Source: Sedimentisphaerales bacterium
GTDB lineage: Bacteria > Planctomycetota > Phycisphaerae > Sedimentisphaerales > SM23-30
Direction: 5' to 3'
NCBI GenBank assembly: GCA_963663965.2
Contig: CAXXFK010000030.1
Coordinates: forward strand, 263,771 to 327,770
DNA length: 64,000 nucleotides
The notes beneath the pieces were generated by a model that worked only from the letters and a program-made list of their open reading frames with translations, was not told the origin of the DNA and ran no database searches. Positions 53,585 through 63,329 of this stretch are shown piece after piece; position 1 is the first letter of the stretch; every line of letters starts with the position of its first letter. The position numbers were made by a program, and so were the translations under genes.

Positions 53585-54284
53585 TTAAATATTCGGATAT
53601 AGTGATCTCAATTTACACCTGGCATCTTCCACTTTAAATTGCCAGTTAACGCCTCGTTGCTTTTCGTTGGAGTGGGTAGCCCATGCTTTCGTCTCTTTTT
53701 TCAGCCTATCCATGTCGGTCATTTTTCGATCCTTCAGACATTGCCGGGTCATCGCACTCAGTTCATTTTCGGCCACATTGAGCCAACTGCCATGCTTGGG
53801 CGTGTAATGAAATTCAATTTTTTCCACATACCGGCGCGCCTGCTCCGGAGGAAAAACCTCGTAAAAAGCTCCCTTGGTATGAGTATTCAAATTGTCGCAC
53901 ACCAGAAGCACTCGTTTCGCTTGGGCATAGCGGCCCTCCAGCAACTCTGCCATTTCAACGGCCCAGTCAACCTTTTTCCGTTGTGGACGAACGCTCACCC
54001 CACGCCAGCCGGATTTTGGTTCTGTGAACATGAATAGGCTGGCGGTTCCGGCACGTTCATATTCATAGTCCACTCGACGAGGATGATGCAAGGTCGCGGC
54101 CATCGGAGTGCGAGTTTCCTTGAGCAATTGCACCGGCTGTTCATCCATGCAGAGCGCCGGAAAATCCGGGTCATACGGCAGGGAATAGACATTCAGGACA
54201 TCTTCCATGCACGCGACAAATTCACTGTTTTGCGCCGGCGGTATCACCCAGTACTGTATCTTTCGGTTCGTTATTTCATTTTTT
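53585..54284 (-). pseudogene. IS630 transposase, DDE half
   Basis: CMDE, DYEYERAG, VCDNLNTH, TPKHGSWLNVAE. Confidence 0.9.
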
Positions 54285-55749
54285 GTAACCGTTCACACAT
54301 TCTGACAGATTAACGATGGATATTTTATGTTGCTCCAATGAGCAATAATCGATTCATGGATAAAATCAAGGACATTCTGACGCTGTTTTTTGCAGGTTGC
54401 TATTGTTGTCCAGATGCGTTCGCACCAGCGCATGCCTGCCTGGCCGCGCGTTCCTTGCGTGATCCGTCGGTCAATCACCACGGTGCGAATTTGGCGCTCC
54501 GTGCCATTATTGGTGGGTTCGACAGCCGGCTCCGTCAAAAATCGGAAGTAATCGGTTGCAGCATTGCCCTTAAATCGTTTGGCCAGTTTCTGGGCCAGTT
54601 TGTGATTCGGCGGCCTTCGCATTTGCTTCAAAAAGCCGGTTTTGAGGCGCGCCATCGAACGCAACCAGCCCGGTGGCGTCAAGGCGTCCCGCCGATGCAG
54701 GGTGTCAAACAGTTTTTTGAGCCATGCCAGCAATTTTGTTCCCCAGCGAGACAGTGCGGGCACGCTATGCTCGGCCAGAAAACGAACGTCTCGAATCAAG
54801 TGAGCCATGCAATACTGAACACGAACACCAAACAACCGGGCATACTTGCGATAGGCGCCCCAGTAATCGGCCCCAATGATCCCGGCAAAGGTTTTACCAA
54901 GCATGGTTTCCAGCACGCCGCTGCCGCGCGACGGATCAATCTTAAACAAACTGTAGGCGCCGGTATCAAAACACCAGGTCCAGTGCAGCTTGCCATTGTC
55001 ATGATGGCCTGTCTCATCGATATTGACCTGCGGTTCGTTCGGCAATCGGTCGGCCAGTTCATCATACGATCGGCCCAAGGCGCTCGATCCCTTCTGAACC
55101 GCCTTGCCAAGCATGCCGCGAGAAACCTCCAGCTTCATCACCTGCTGGAAAAAACCCTGAATGGTGCTATACGACATATGGCAGGCGCCTTTCAAATAGG
55201 ACACCAACGCCGTCAGGTCCGCACCCAGCAATCCCCCTTTACGAATCTCGTTCGGCAAGGGGGTGATCTGGACCTTTCCTGTCACAGGGTTTCGGTACTT
55301 TCTAGCTCGATGCTCAATCACCTGGTACATTTTCTCCGGCAATCCGATTTGTTGAATGACAAACCAGGCATCCAGAGGCTTAAGGCCCACGGCGTCTTTG
55401 TCTGCCAACTCGTATTCAAATGTGTGGTCAACTTCTTCAAACGGTTGACGCGAAAACTTTTTATGCCCATGCTGGCCACCCCGGTTGCGTTTTTTGCGAC
55501 TAGCCTTAGCGGAAGGCCTCTTGGGTTTGACAATATCACTTGAGGGCGGCTTGGACGAATTGCTCGAATCTTTCTTGAGCCGAGCAATTTCTTCTTTGAG
55601 CTGCCTTACTTCTTCGCGTAAGGAAGCGACCTCTTGGAGCAGCTGCGCTATAACAATATCTTTGTCATCCATAACTTATGGTATAACAGATGGTTGTGCA
55701 GGGCGCAATCTTTTTTCTTGTTATTTTTAAAAAAAGTGTGAATTGTTAC
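54285..55749 (-). mobile_element. IS66-family element (single ORF, ISBst12-like)
   Basis: TIRs GTAACCGTTCACAC / GTGTGAATTGTTAC; 8-bp TSD CATTTTTT at 54277-54284 and 55750-55757; 1465 bp. Confidence 0.93.
54293..55672 (-). CDS. IS66-family transposase
   Basis: DSSNSSKPPSSD, GGQHGH, IDETG, DYWGAY, QYCMAHLIRD, PTNNGTERQIR. Confidence 0.93.
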   Translation of the reverse strand: MDDKDIVIAQLLQEVASLREEVRQLKEEIARLKKDSSNSSKPPSSDIVKPKRPSAKASRKKRNRGGQHGHKKFSRQPFEEVDHTFEYELADKDAVGLKPLDAWFVIQQIGLPEKMYQVIEHRARKYRNPVTGKVQITPLPNEIRKGGLLGADLTALVSYLKGACHMSYSTIQGFFQQVMKLEVSRGMLGKAVQKGSSALGRSYDELADRLPNEPQVNIDETGHHDNGKLHWTWCFDTGAYSLFKIDPSRGSGVLETMLGKTFAGIIGADYWGAYRKYARLFGVRVQYCMAHLIRDVRFLAEHSVPALSRWGTKLLAWLKKLFDTLHRRDALTPPGWLRSMARLKTGFLKQMRRPPNHKLAQKLAKRFKGNAATDYFRFLTEPAVEPTNNGTERQIRTVVIDRRITQGTRGQAGMRWCERIWTTIATCKKQRQNVLDFIHESIIAHWSNIKYPSLICQNV

Positions 55750-56184
55750 CATTTTTTTAAGCGTCGTGGCAACGGTGGTGTGACTGATGGATTCTACGAT
55801 TCCCAATTCCACCGCTTTGTCGGCGATCAAACGCAACGACCAGTTACTGTAACCTTCCGGCGGATCGCTCAGCCTCAGGGCAATGATCTTTGCCTCCTGC
55901 TCGCCATCCAGCAGCTTGGCGCGAGGCGGCGTGTCACGCTGCTTACCGTTCAATGTGATGTCAAACCCTCTTTCTACCAGCGATTTACGAACTTTGGTTA
56001 CGGTCCTGAGACGACACAAAAAAGCGTCGGCAATTTGATTGCAGGACCAGTTGGGACCGTCCGCATCCGCCTTAAGCAAGATTTGAGCCCGTTTGACTTT
56101 TTGCGAGGTGCCCTTGAGTTTTGTAACAACTTCAAGCAGCTCTTTCCGTTCTGCGTCAGTGAGACGAACGATGTACTTTTTCAT
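55750..56184 (-). pseudogene. IS630 transposase, N-terminal HTH half
   Basis: MKKYIVRLTDAER, RAQILLKAD, PPEGYSNWSLRL, ISHTTV..LKK, cut at the IS66 junction. Confidence 0.9.
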
Positions 56185-56326
56185 AACAAACTCCATAAAT
56201 ATTCGGTTTATGGAGTTATTATCGGACATGCTATATAAGAATATTTAGTTTTTACAGAGCACTAGCTTAAGTCATTGTCAATCTCCAGATCATGCCGGGC
56301 AAACTCTATCCGGTCTGATCATCGCG

Positions 56327-56443
56327 GTTTTCCCGGTTCAAGCCACTCGCTCTCAAACTCTAATCCAGCCCCCGGCAACGCCTGTTTTTCTCGGTGTCCT
56401 CGGTGACCTCTGTGGTGTTTATCTTCTTATCTAACCACCGGTT
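56327..56443 (+). repeat. Dispersed non-coding repeat, copy 3
   Basis: Same module as copies 1 and 2; overlaps the stop of the 56431 ORF. Confidence 0.85.
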
Positions 56444-56775
56444 TCAATCAGCCCCGGGATAAAATGAACACCCAAATCATTCGGTTTCCCGGTCGATAAA
56501 TACCAGTTCTCCGGAATGGTGTCATTATCCACAGCCAGGGTCCATTCCAATTGTTTGTCACGATAACACATCAATTCATAGCGATCCGTCGTTCCGTCCG
56601 CATCGCATTGCGCCCGCAGGCATAACCTCATATCTTTGTGTACCAGATAAAAATCCTTCAGACAAGGATCTGATATGACATCTCTAGTTACCCTCTGGCG
56701 ATAGATTAATAAACCAATTGTCAGCGCAATCAGAATGCCGGTCGTAATGATTATGATGCCTGTCTTTGTTTTCAT
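56431..56775 (-). CDS. Hypothetical single-pass membrane protein, possibly truncated
   Basis: MKTKTGIIIITTG TM segment; its stop codon lies inside the repeat. Confidence 0.5.
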   Translation of the reverse strand: MKTKTGIIIITTGILIALTIGLLIYRQRVTRDVISDPCLKDFYLVHKDMRLCLRAQCDADGTTDRYELMCYRDKQLEWTLAVDNDTIPENWYLSTGKPNDLGVHFIPGLIETGG

Positions 56776-57031
56776 GGCGCACCCTTTCATCTCATCATAC
56801 CTGCTATTGAAATTCCAACTCCACTAACACACCTCTTGCGAAACTCATATTATCACTATGCATTTCAACAATACAGGATACTTTAATCAATATCCCCATC
56901 AAGCCTCCGGCTCTTATTAACGTTTATTCATCCCGATTAATCGGGATTCGTAGTTCACTTTCCGGCTGTATCTTCTTCACGGCTTAGCGGCTTCGTGTGA
57001 GATATTTTTATCTATCCGATGTAAAATCCCC

Positions 57032-58390
57032 TCACGGACACGACCCCCAGATTGGCTTGGGCAAATTCCAGTTATAGGCCTCTTCAGCGAACAATTCCGG
57101 CTCGGCGGTGATCTGCTCAACACACCAGCCGGATAGATCCTGGTTGAAATGTTCAGCCGATTCGAACATGCCGCTCATGTCTGTGACACTGGCGGTATTC
57201 CAGCTGCTAATATCCTGATTAAAATCAGCATCCTTGAACATCTCCGCCATATTCACTACCCTGGCAGTATTCCAACGGCCGATGTCCTGGTTAAACGATC
57301 GGTTCCCTTCAAACATCGAATGCATATTCGTAACCCTGGCAGTATCCCAGTTGCCGATATCCCGGTTGAAGGATGAGGCCCCCATGAACAGGCAGCTCAT
57401 ATCCGTTACCCCGGCAGTGTCCCAGTTACCGATATCCTGGTTAAAAGAGCCGGCCGATTCAAACATCCAGCTCATATCGGTGACCTGCGCGGTATTCCAG
57501 CGGCCGATATCCTGATTGAAATCGGACGCTTCGCTGAACATGGCCTCCATCGTGGTGACCTGCGCGGTATTCCAGTTGCCGATATCCTGGTTAAAATACC
57601 CATTCCAGGAAAACATACCGCTCATATCGGTTACCTTCGCGGTGTCCCAACTGCCAATGTCCTGGTTAAAACGCGCGCGCCGGAACATATTGCTCATATT
57701 GGTCACCTGCGAAACGTTCCAGTGACTGATATCCTGATTGAATAACGTAAACGCGAACATTTCGCTCATATCCGATACCGCTTCCAGCCCGCGCGTCGTG
57801 GTCGGAACCGATACCAGATTCCAGCAATTATAAAACGCGCCATGCAGACTGGTAAAACCAACCCGGCCCCAGTTATTCACCTTCACCAGCTTGGCTTCCT
57901 CGTAATTGGGTGTTCCGCTGCCATTGTCCAGGCTGTTATATCCGGTAACTTTACCCGTTACGGCAACCACGTAGATACCCTCGATCCCGTAATCATGGCT
58001 GTGCGGGCCGGGAGTGGTCACCCGTTCCGGTTCGCTGTCGTCACCCCAGTCGATCATTGCGTCAACTTCACCGGCCAGCGCCAGCGTCACCGTGGCGCCC
58101 GCTTTCATGCGGGTGTCCCAGGTCGTGATAAACGCGTCATTGGCGACCATCCATTGATCCGCCAGCAGCGCCAGATCCAGCTCGTTAACAACGGCCGGAG
58201 TCACCAGGTCCGCCCCGGCACAATTCTGGTTGGACAGATCGCATTCCTGCATCCACCACTGGGCGATAACCGCCAGATCATCAAAATCGATAAAACAGTC
58301 CCCGGTCAGATCCCCTTGCGGGCACTGGGCCAGGCAAATTCCAGATAAACACAAAACCACAGACACTACCATCATCGCTAATGTTCTCAT
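57032..58390 (-). CDS. Dockerin-like + DUF285/BspA-type repeat surface protein, paralog 2
   Basis: CPQGDLTGDCFIDFDD; FITTWDT, IDWGD; 9 repeats; C-terminal [16 protein letters not shown] as in paralog 1. Confidence 0.88.
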   Translation of the reverse strand: MRTLAMMVVSVVLCLSGICLAQCPQGDLTGDCFIDFDDLAVIAQWWMQECDLSNQNCAGADLVTPAVVNELDLALLADQWMVANDAFITTWDTRMKAGATVTLALAGEVDAMIDWGDDSEPERVTTPGPHSHDYGIEGIYVVAVTGKVTGYNSLDNGSGTPNYEEAKLVKVNNWGRVGFTSLHGAFYNCWNLVSVPTTTRGLEAVSDMSEMFAFTLFNQDISHWNVSQVTNMSNMFRRARFNQDIGSWDTAKVTDMSGMFSWNGYFNQDIGNWNTAQVTTMEAMFSEASDFNQDIGRWNTAQVTDMSWMFESAGSFNQDIGNWDTAGVTDMSCLFMGASSFNRDIGNWDTARVTNMHSMFEGNRSFNQDIGRWNTARVVNMAEMFKDADFNQDISSWNTASVTDMSGMFESAEHFNQDLSGWCVEQITAEPELFAEEAYNWNLPKPIWGSCP

Positions 58391-58726
58391 GTTGCTACCT
58401 CTAAATGAAACTATTTTATTCGAACAAACACCATCAAAGATGCACACTATCAAGCTTCAAAGTCTGCATAATTCCCGTTCGATCAGGTTGATACAAAAAA
58501 AGTTGTTTCCCGTACAGGAGTGCCGCCTGTCTTTCCCGATAATCCACGTATCCTTTTTCATGACTCTTTCCTTATCAGCCACATAAACCGGTTCAATTTC
58601 ATAATATATAGTTTTTATTATACCATTGGTTAACAATGAGTCAACATTGAATCAAGAATTGATAGGGAGGCCCAGAATGTATGGATGGCATGCATTGTTT
58701 ACTTAATTAAATAAATATAATAATGT

Positions 58727-58755
58727 TTGACATCGATAAAAATAAGTCATATAAT
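58727..58755 (+). promoter_or_regulatory. Consensus sigma70 promoter
   Basis: TTGACA-N17-TATAAT, 30 bp left of the IS end. Confidence 0.6.
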
Positions 58756-58785
58756 CGGATGCCATCGGGATAATCCCACTATTTA

Positions 58786-60613
58786 GAGCCTGTCCGCAAT
58801 TCTTGGATTTTGTGAGCCGCGGTTTTGGGAGGACTGATTTTGAATCGTATCATCAGTAGATGACGGCTGGTGTCCAGGTTATTTTCGTTCAGCGGGTGAT
58901 TTTCCGATTTCTGCGCATAGTAGCCCCATAAACAGGGCAAGCCGGGGTGGTTTTAAGCCACTTTTTGTCGTTCTTTTTCCCGTTCTTCCTCTTGAGCCAG
59001 CTTAATTCTGGCCAATACCCAGAGGTTGTGCGATAAAATGCTCAGGCCCATATGGACTTGGCGGTGATCAAAGCCTTTTTGTTTCATGGGCGCCCCGCAA
59101 AAACCATGGCTCAGGATGCTGATTCGGGCTTCGGTCTGACTGCGGCGAGTCTGAGCCTGCCGGAACGGCTCTTCCTGAAGCCTTTCCTTCAGCAAGGCCG
59201 GGCTGAGCGGACAAACCGCATTAAAAATATCGTGACTTTCCATGTATTGGCGATTCCCGGCGCTGTCGAAGCCCCGATCGCCGGCCAACAGCTTGACTTG
59301 ATTACCAAGCTTCTCTTCCATACGCCGGTGGCTGGCTTTAAGCATTTTTTCATCGCTGGGACCTTGCTGACGAAATAACTTCCAGTCCATGATTAAGCCA
59401 TTGGATTGTTCGGCCAGATAAAGTTGGTTGCCAAATTCCGTCTCCGCGCCGGCCTTGCGGCGCACGATCACATGGATATCCGGCTCGTAAAGGCTCAAGA
59501 TCTTGTCTGGATTGGCAACCTTGCGTTCGCCGATCATGCGTTCGTGAGCCTGCCTGACCACGGCGGCCAACTGACAGGTCACGCCGGTAATCTGTTTGAC
59601 GATTTGCCGGACGGAACCGAGAGCGATATCGGCCTTTTTCCAGTGGTTTTCCAGGTTTTTCAGATGATTTTCCGCATGATTCAAGACCCGCCGGATCAGT
59701 TTTTTCATCTTTCGCAAAACCGCTTTACGCAGTTTTTTCGCGCCCTTTTTGCGGTTAACATAGGTCATCTCCATGCAGAGCTTATTCATGTTTGAAATAA
59801 ACTTAGCCGGCTCGCAAGGCATGCGACACAGGATCCCGGCTTTACGAATACGGGCCGTCGCCTTCATCAAGGTACGGGTCGCATCTCTAAACAGCAGCCA
59901 GTCGATCGGATAATGAATGTGGGCGCCAATGCAGGTACAGTCAAAATAAGCCTGACTGAAATCCAGGGGGGCCTCCAAAACAACCGAACCCTGGGCCACT
60001 TGAAAAAACAGTTCTTCCGCCTGAGCGATTAACTGAGGCGAAAGCGCGTTTTCCAACTCGTTGATTCTGGTTTTGCCGGGGATCCGAGGCAGATCAAAGC
60101 GGTTAATGCCGCAAAACCACTGATACAGTTCGCTATGAGACAAGGCCACGGCAAATTTACGCAACGACAAACCCAGCCGCTTACGCAGGATCGACATCCG
60201 TAACGCCCAAACGGCCTGGGCACGAATATTCATGCGATCCGTATGGGTTAATTTAACCGGCGTGTCAGTGCCAAAGTGCTCGATGGCCATTTCAGCGTAA
60301 GCTTTGTCGAGAAAATACTGGAGAAACAACTGCTCCAGATCGCTGTGGCGGATGATCTGGTCCATGGCCAGCAACTGCTGGCGTTCCTGGCGATACTCCA
60401 GACAGCCAAATTCTTCCGGAATACCTTTGTCAAACAACTGCTGAACGGGTAAAATCTCTGGCATAGGTGTGTTCCCTTTTTTAAGGAAAAATGATTCGCA
60501 AAACATTTTATAACACACCTATTTTACGGTTTTGACCCAAAATAGCACGCTATAACTCCGACTCTTTTACATAATCTTCTGAAATCTATAGGGTTAAAGC
60601 TACGGACAGGCTC
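58786..60613 (-). mobile_element. IS5/ISNCY-like insertion sequence
   Basis: TIRs GAGCCTGTCCG / CGGACAGGCTC; TATTTA duplicated at 58780-58785 and 60614-60619; 1828 bp. Confidence 0.88.
58953..60464 (-). CDS. DDE transposase (IS5/ISNCY-like)
   Basis: DCT..HIHYPIDWLL, DKILSLYEP..RKAG..EFG, GDRGF, RSQTEARI. Confidence 0.88.
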   Translation of the reverse strand: MPEILPVQQLFDKGIPEEFGCLEYRQERQQLLAMDQIIRHSDLEQLFLQYFLDKAYAEMAIEHFGTDTPVKLTHTDRMNIRAQAVWALRMSILRKRLGLSLRKFAVALSHSELYQWFCGINRFDLPRIPGKTRINELENALSPQLIAQAEELFFQVAQGSVVLEAPLDFSQAYFDCTCIGAHIHYPIDWLLFRDATRTLMKATARIRKAGILCRMPCEPAKFISNMNKLCMEMTYVNRKKGAKKLRKAVLRKMKKLIRRVLNHAENHLKNLENHWKKADIALGSVRQIVKQITGVTCQLAAVVRQAHERMIGERKVANPDKILSLYEPDIHVIVRRKAGAETEFGNQLYLAEQSNGLIMDWKLFRQQGPSDEKMLKASHRRMEEKLGNQVKLLAGDRGFDSAGNRQYMESHDIFNAVCPLSPALLKERLQEEPFRQAQTRRSQTEARISILSHGFCGAPMKQKGFDHRQVHMGLSILSHNLWVLARIKLAQEEEREKERQKVA

Positions 60614-61126
60614 TATTTACCAGACTGTATTTTGAAATATTGAAATGCTCTTTGAAATCTCAATAGCAGTACAAAGCTCAATAGTCAGAGTGGGTGTAAA
60701 TTTACCATACAAAGCCATTATCTTTGTGTATGGGCATACCAGATAAACAAAAGAAGACGATGTTGCCAAACGAACCCAATGATAAAAATAATTACTATAA
60801 CCTCATCAATAACAGTAGGATAACGAAATTTCACCCAGCTTGCCTACTTGCTTCTTTAATCCACGCCTCCCCGAGGCGCAACTGCCGGGATTTCGCACCG
60901 GAGGCGAAAGATAGATCATCCATGAGCGCAGCGAATACCAACCCAATCCAATACAAAACGAACCCAATCGTCAAAAAATGAATCATAAGATAAAAATAAG
61001 AATAGACTTACAACCAAATTTGAAACCCAACCCAAACAAAGCCAATGATCCCGATAGCCCCAACTGACTAACCGGATAAAAGCCTGATGAAATGGATGAT
61101 GGGTATAAACAAACCCAATCAGAATA

Positions 61127-62701
61127 TCAATACCTACCGGCCTGCCCCGACCCATCCTGTTTAAATTTTTCGGTCATGATCAGGTCGAACAGATCACACT
61201 CTTTCTGATAAAGGTGACTGCCCGCCTGAATCGTATCGCCAAATTCCAGATGGGAATCAGATGCCTGATTATAATTGGGCCATTGCGGCAACCCGGTCCC
61301 ATTGGGATTACCGTTTCGAGCAAAGTTAATCCAGTATTGCTGTATCTGATCGGACAGTTTGCGGTCAGTCGCCGTGGGCTTGATCATTCCGGTATATGCA
61401 AATACATAAGGTATTTCAATACCATGAGTTGCGCCTAAATCCGGTTTACCGGACAGTTCCGGCACCCTGGTAAAATGGTACAGATAAACATCCGATTCCA
61501 GGTTAGCCGCCGCCCGCAGCCATGACCGCGTAGGCGAAGTAAAGGTAGCCAGGGTCGTTACTTTATTGAAAGTCTGTTTGGGCGTTCCGGCATATTCGGG
61601 CGGAAAGACACCTAAAACGCTGTCCGCAAAGTTGTTAAACACAGACCGCACGATCATGCGATAAGCCAGTGGTCCCGGCACCGGTATCGCGCTGGTAAAC
61701 AAAGTCGCTTCATCGGCATTAGTACCGGCAATGATCGGAACATGATTAAACCGGCCTTCCTTCATCAGCTTCATAGGGATTTCGGGCACAATTTTGCCAT
61801 CCACCACCGGACCGAACTTATGGCCCTTTTGCAGAATACCCACTTTAGTCTCAATTGCTCGTAACAACTGTTCCTGCGTACAGTTCCGTGCCTGATCCAG
61901 TGTTTGAACTCCCAACCGGTCAAATATCATCTGGCCTTCCGAGCAGGCCTGTTGCAGGGATGAACTTACCCCGATGGGAACCCCGCTTTGTTGAATAACC
62001 CGTTGGAATAATCCCTTAGCCTTTGGACACACCAGCAGAATCCCGCAATTAAACGCCCCGGCCGATTCGCCAAAGATCGTTACGTTATCCGGATCACCTC
62101 CAAATAGCGCGATATTCCGCTGCACCCATTGCAATGCCGCAATGATATCCAGAATGCCATAGTTACCCGATAACCCATCCGATGATTCCGCGGATAGCGC
62201 TTCATGGGCCAGGTAACCAAAAATCCCCAGCCGATACTGGATCGATACCAGCACCACCCCATTATCGGCAAATTGGCTGCCATTATAAAACCGTTGGGAA
62301 GCCCCGCCAATTGTATTGCCGCCGCCGTGGATCCAGACCATCACCGGCCTTTTCTCTTTGGCATCCGTTGCGGCCGACCAGACATTTAACGACAGGCAAT
62401 CTTCACTCTGTGGTCCATTAACCGGGATAATGCCCATTTTGGGCTGTGGGCACACCGGACCAAACGCATCGCAAACACGAACCTTTTCCCAGGGTTGTAC
62501 TACCTGAGGTGGTCGCCAGCGTAACTCGCCAGTTGGCGGCGCGGCAAAGGGGATTCCCAGCCAGGTCCGAACACCATCGGAATCAGCAGCAATCCCGGAT
62601 ATGGGCCCACTGTCCAGCTTGATGATCTCAGGCAGGCCGGCGCCTTGAAGTGTCGTCGTTACCATAATTAATACGATGATTTGAGTCAGAATTGAGCGCA
62701 T
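61127..62701 (-). CDS. Secreted type-B carboxylesterase
   Basis: LGIPFAAPP, SEDCLSLNVW, WIHGGG, FGESAG, HGIEIPYVF. Confidence 0.93.
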   Translation of the reverse strand: MRSILTQIIVLIMVTTTLQGAGLPEIIKLDSGPISGIAADSDGVRTWLGIPFAAPPTGELRWRPPQVVQPWEKVRVCDAFGPVCPQPKMGIIPVNGPQSEDCLSLNVWSAATDAKEKRPVMVWIHGGGNTIGGASQRFYNGSQFADNGVVLVSIQYRLGIFGYLAHEALSAESSDGLSGNYGILDIIAALQWVQRNIALFGGDPDNVTIFGESAGAFNCGILLVCPKAKGLFQRVIQQSGVPIGVSSSLQQACSEGQMIFDRLGVQTLDQARNCTQEQLLRAIETKVGILQKGHKFGPVVDGKIVPEIPMKLMKEGRFNHVPIIAGTNADEATLFTSAIPVPGPLAYRMIVRSVFNNFADSVLGVFPPEYAGTPKQTFNKVTTLATFTSPTRSWLRAAANLESDVYLYHFTRVPELSGKPDLGATHGIEIPYVFAYTGMIKPTATDRKLSDQIQQYWINFARNGNPNGTGLPQWPNYNQASDSHLEFGDTIQAGSHLYQKECDLFDLIMTEKFKQDGSGQAGRY

Positions 62702-62850
62702 CGGTATTCTCCTATATAAAAACAACTCAATAGTATATACCGACAGGGTCGCCCGTAATTACTGCCAAACTGCCAAATATTCCAGGGAACTCAATCCCCA
62801 AAAACTCGATACGGCAGGAAAATGATAGGCATTTTAGTGATCCGGAGCTG

Positions 62851-63279
62851 TCAGGAAGTTTTTTTTCTGGAAGTTCCGCCAGATTTCTGTCCGACCAGAT
62901 CCACCAGGGTCGTTTTGCGGAATACTTTGCGGGTCTGATCCTGGGCGCTGGCATAACACCTGACGGTTTCATTAATGGTCGTTTTGGCGGCGTTACAGGG
63001 AAACTGGCCGGCTTCCACGGATAAACCACCTTCTACCGCCTCGAAGATATCGTAAAGATTGATCCGATTAGCCGGTCTGGCCAGTGAAAAACCGCCCTGG
63101 GGACCACGAATGGCATCCAGAATTCCATTACGAACCAGATGCTGGAGAACCTTTTGCAGATATTCAACCGGAATTTTGTATTTTGCCGCTATTTCCCGGG
63201 CAGCAATAGACTTGGGATGCTTTTTATAAATATATTCCAATGCGGATATCGCATAACCGATACTTCGGGTTAATTTCAT
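62851..63279 (-). CDS. Rrf2-family transcriptional regulator
   Basis: IAAKYKIPVEYLQKVL, RGPQGGFSLARP..INLYDIFEAVEG; lacks the IscR three-Cys set. Confidence 0.92.
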   Translation of the reverse strand: MKLTRSIGYAISALEYIYKKHPKSIAAREIAAKYKIPVEYLQKVLQHLVRNGILDAIRGPQGGFSLARPANRINLYDIFEAVEGGLSVEAGQFPCNAAKTTINETVRCYASAQDQTRKVFRKTTLVDLVGQKSGGTSRKKTS

Positions 63280-63329
63280 TGATAGACTCCAAAATCAGCT
63301 AAATCTGGCTACTATGATTTCGATAGAAC

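Larger units (their letters stand above)
53571..56262 (-). mobile_element. IS630-family insertion sequence interrupted by an IS66
   Basis: TIRs GTGCTCTGTAAAGATTAAATATTC / GAATATTTAGTTTTTACAGAGCAC with flanking TA (CTAG context); 1219 bp once the nested element and one TSD are removed. Confidence 0.93.

Noticed and set aside
40236..55543. Long antisense ORFs (40236-41135, 42042-43082, 54338-55543)
   Set aside because: They are shadows of well-supported genes on the opposite strand and have no recognisable motifs.
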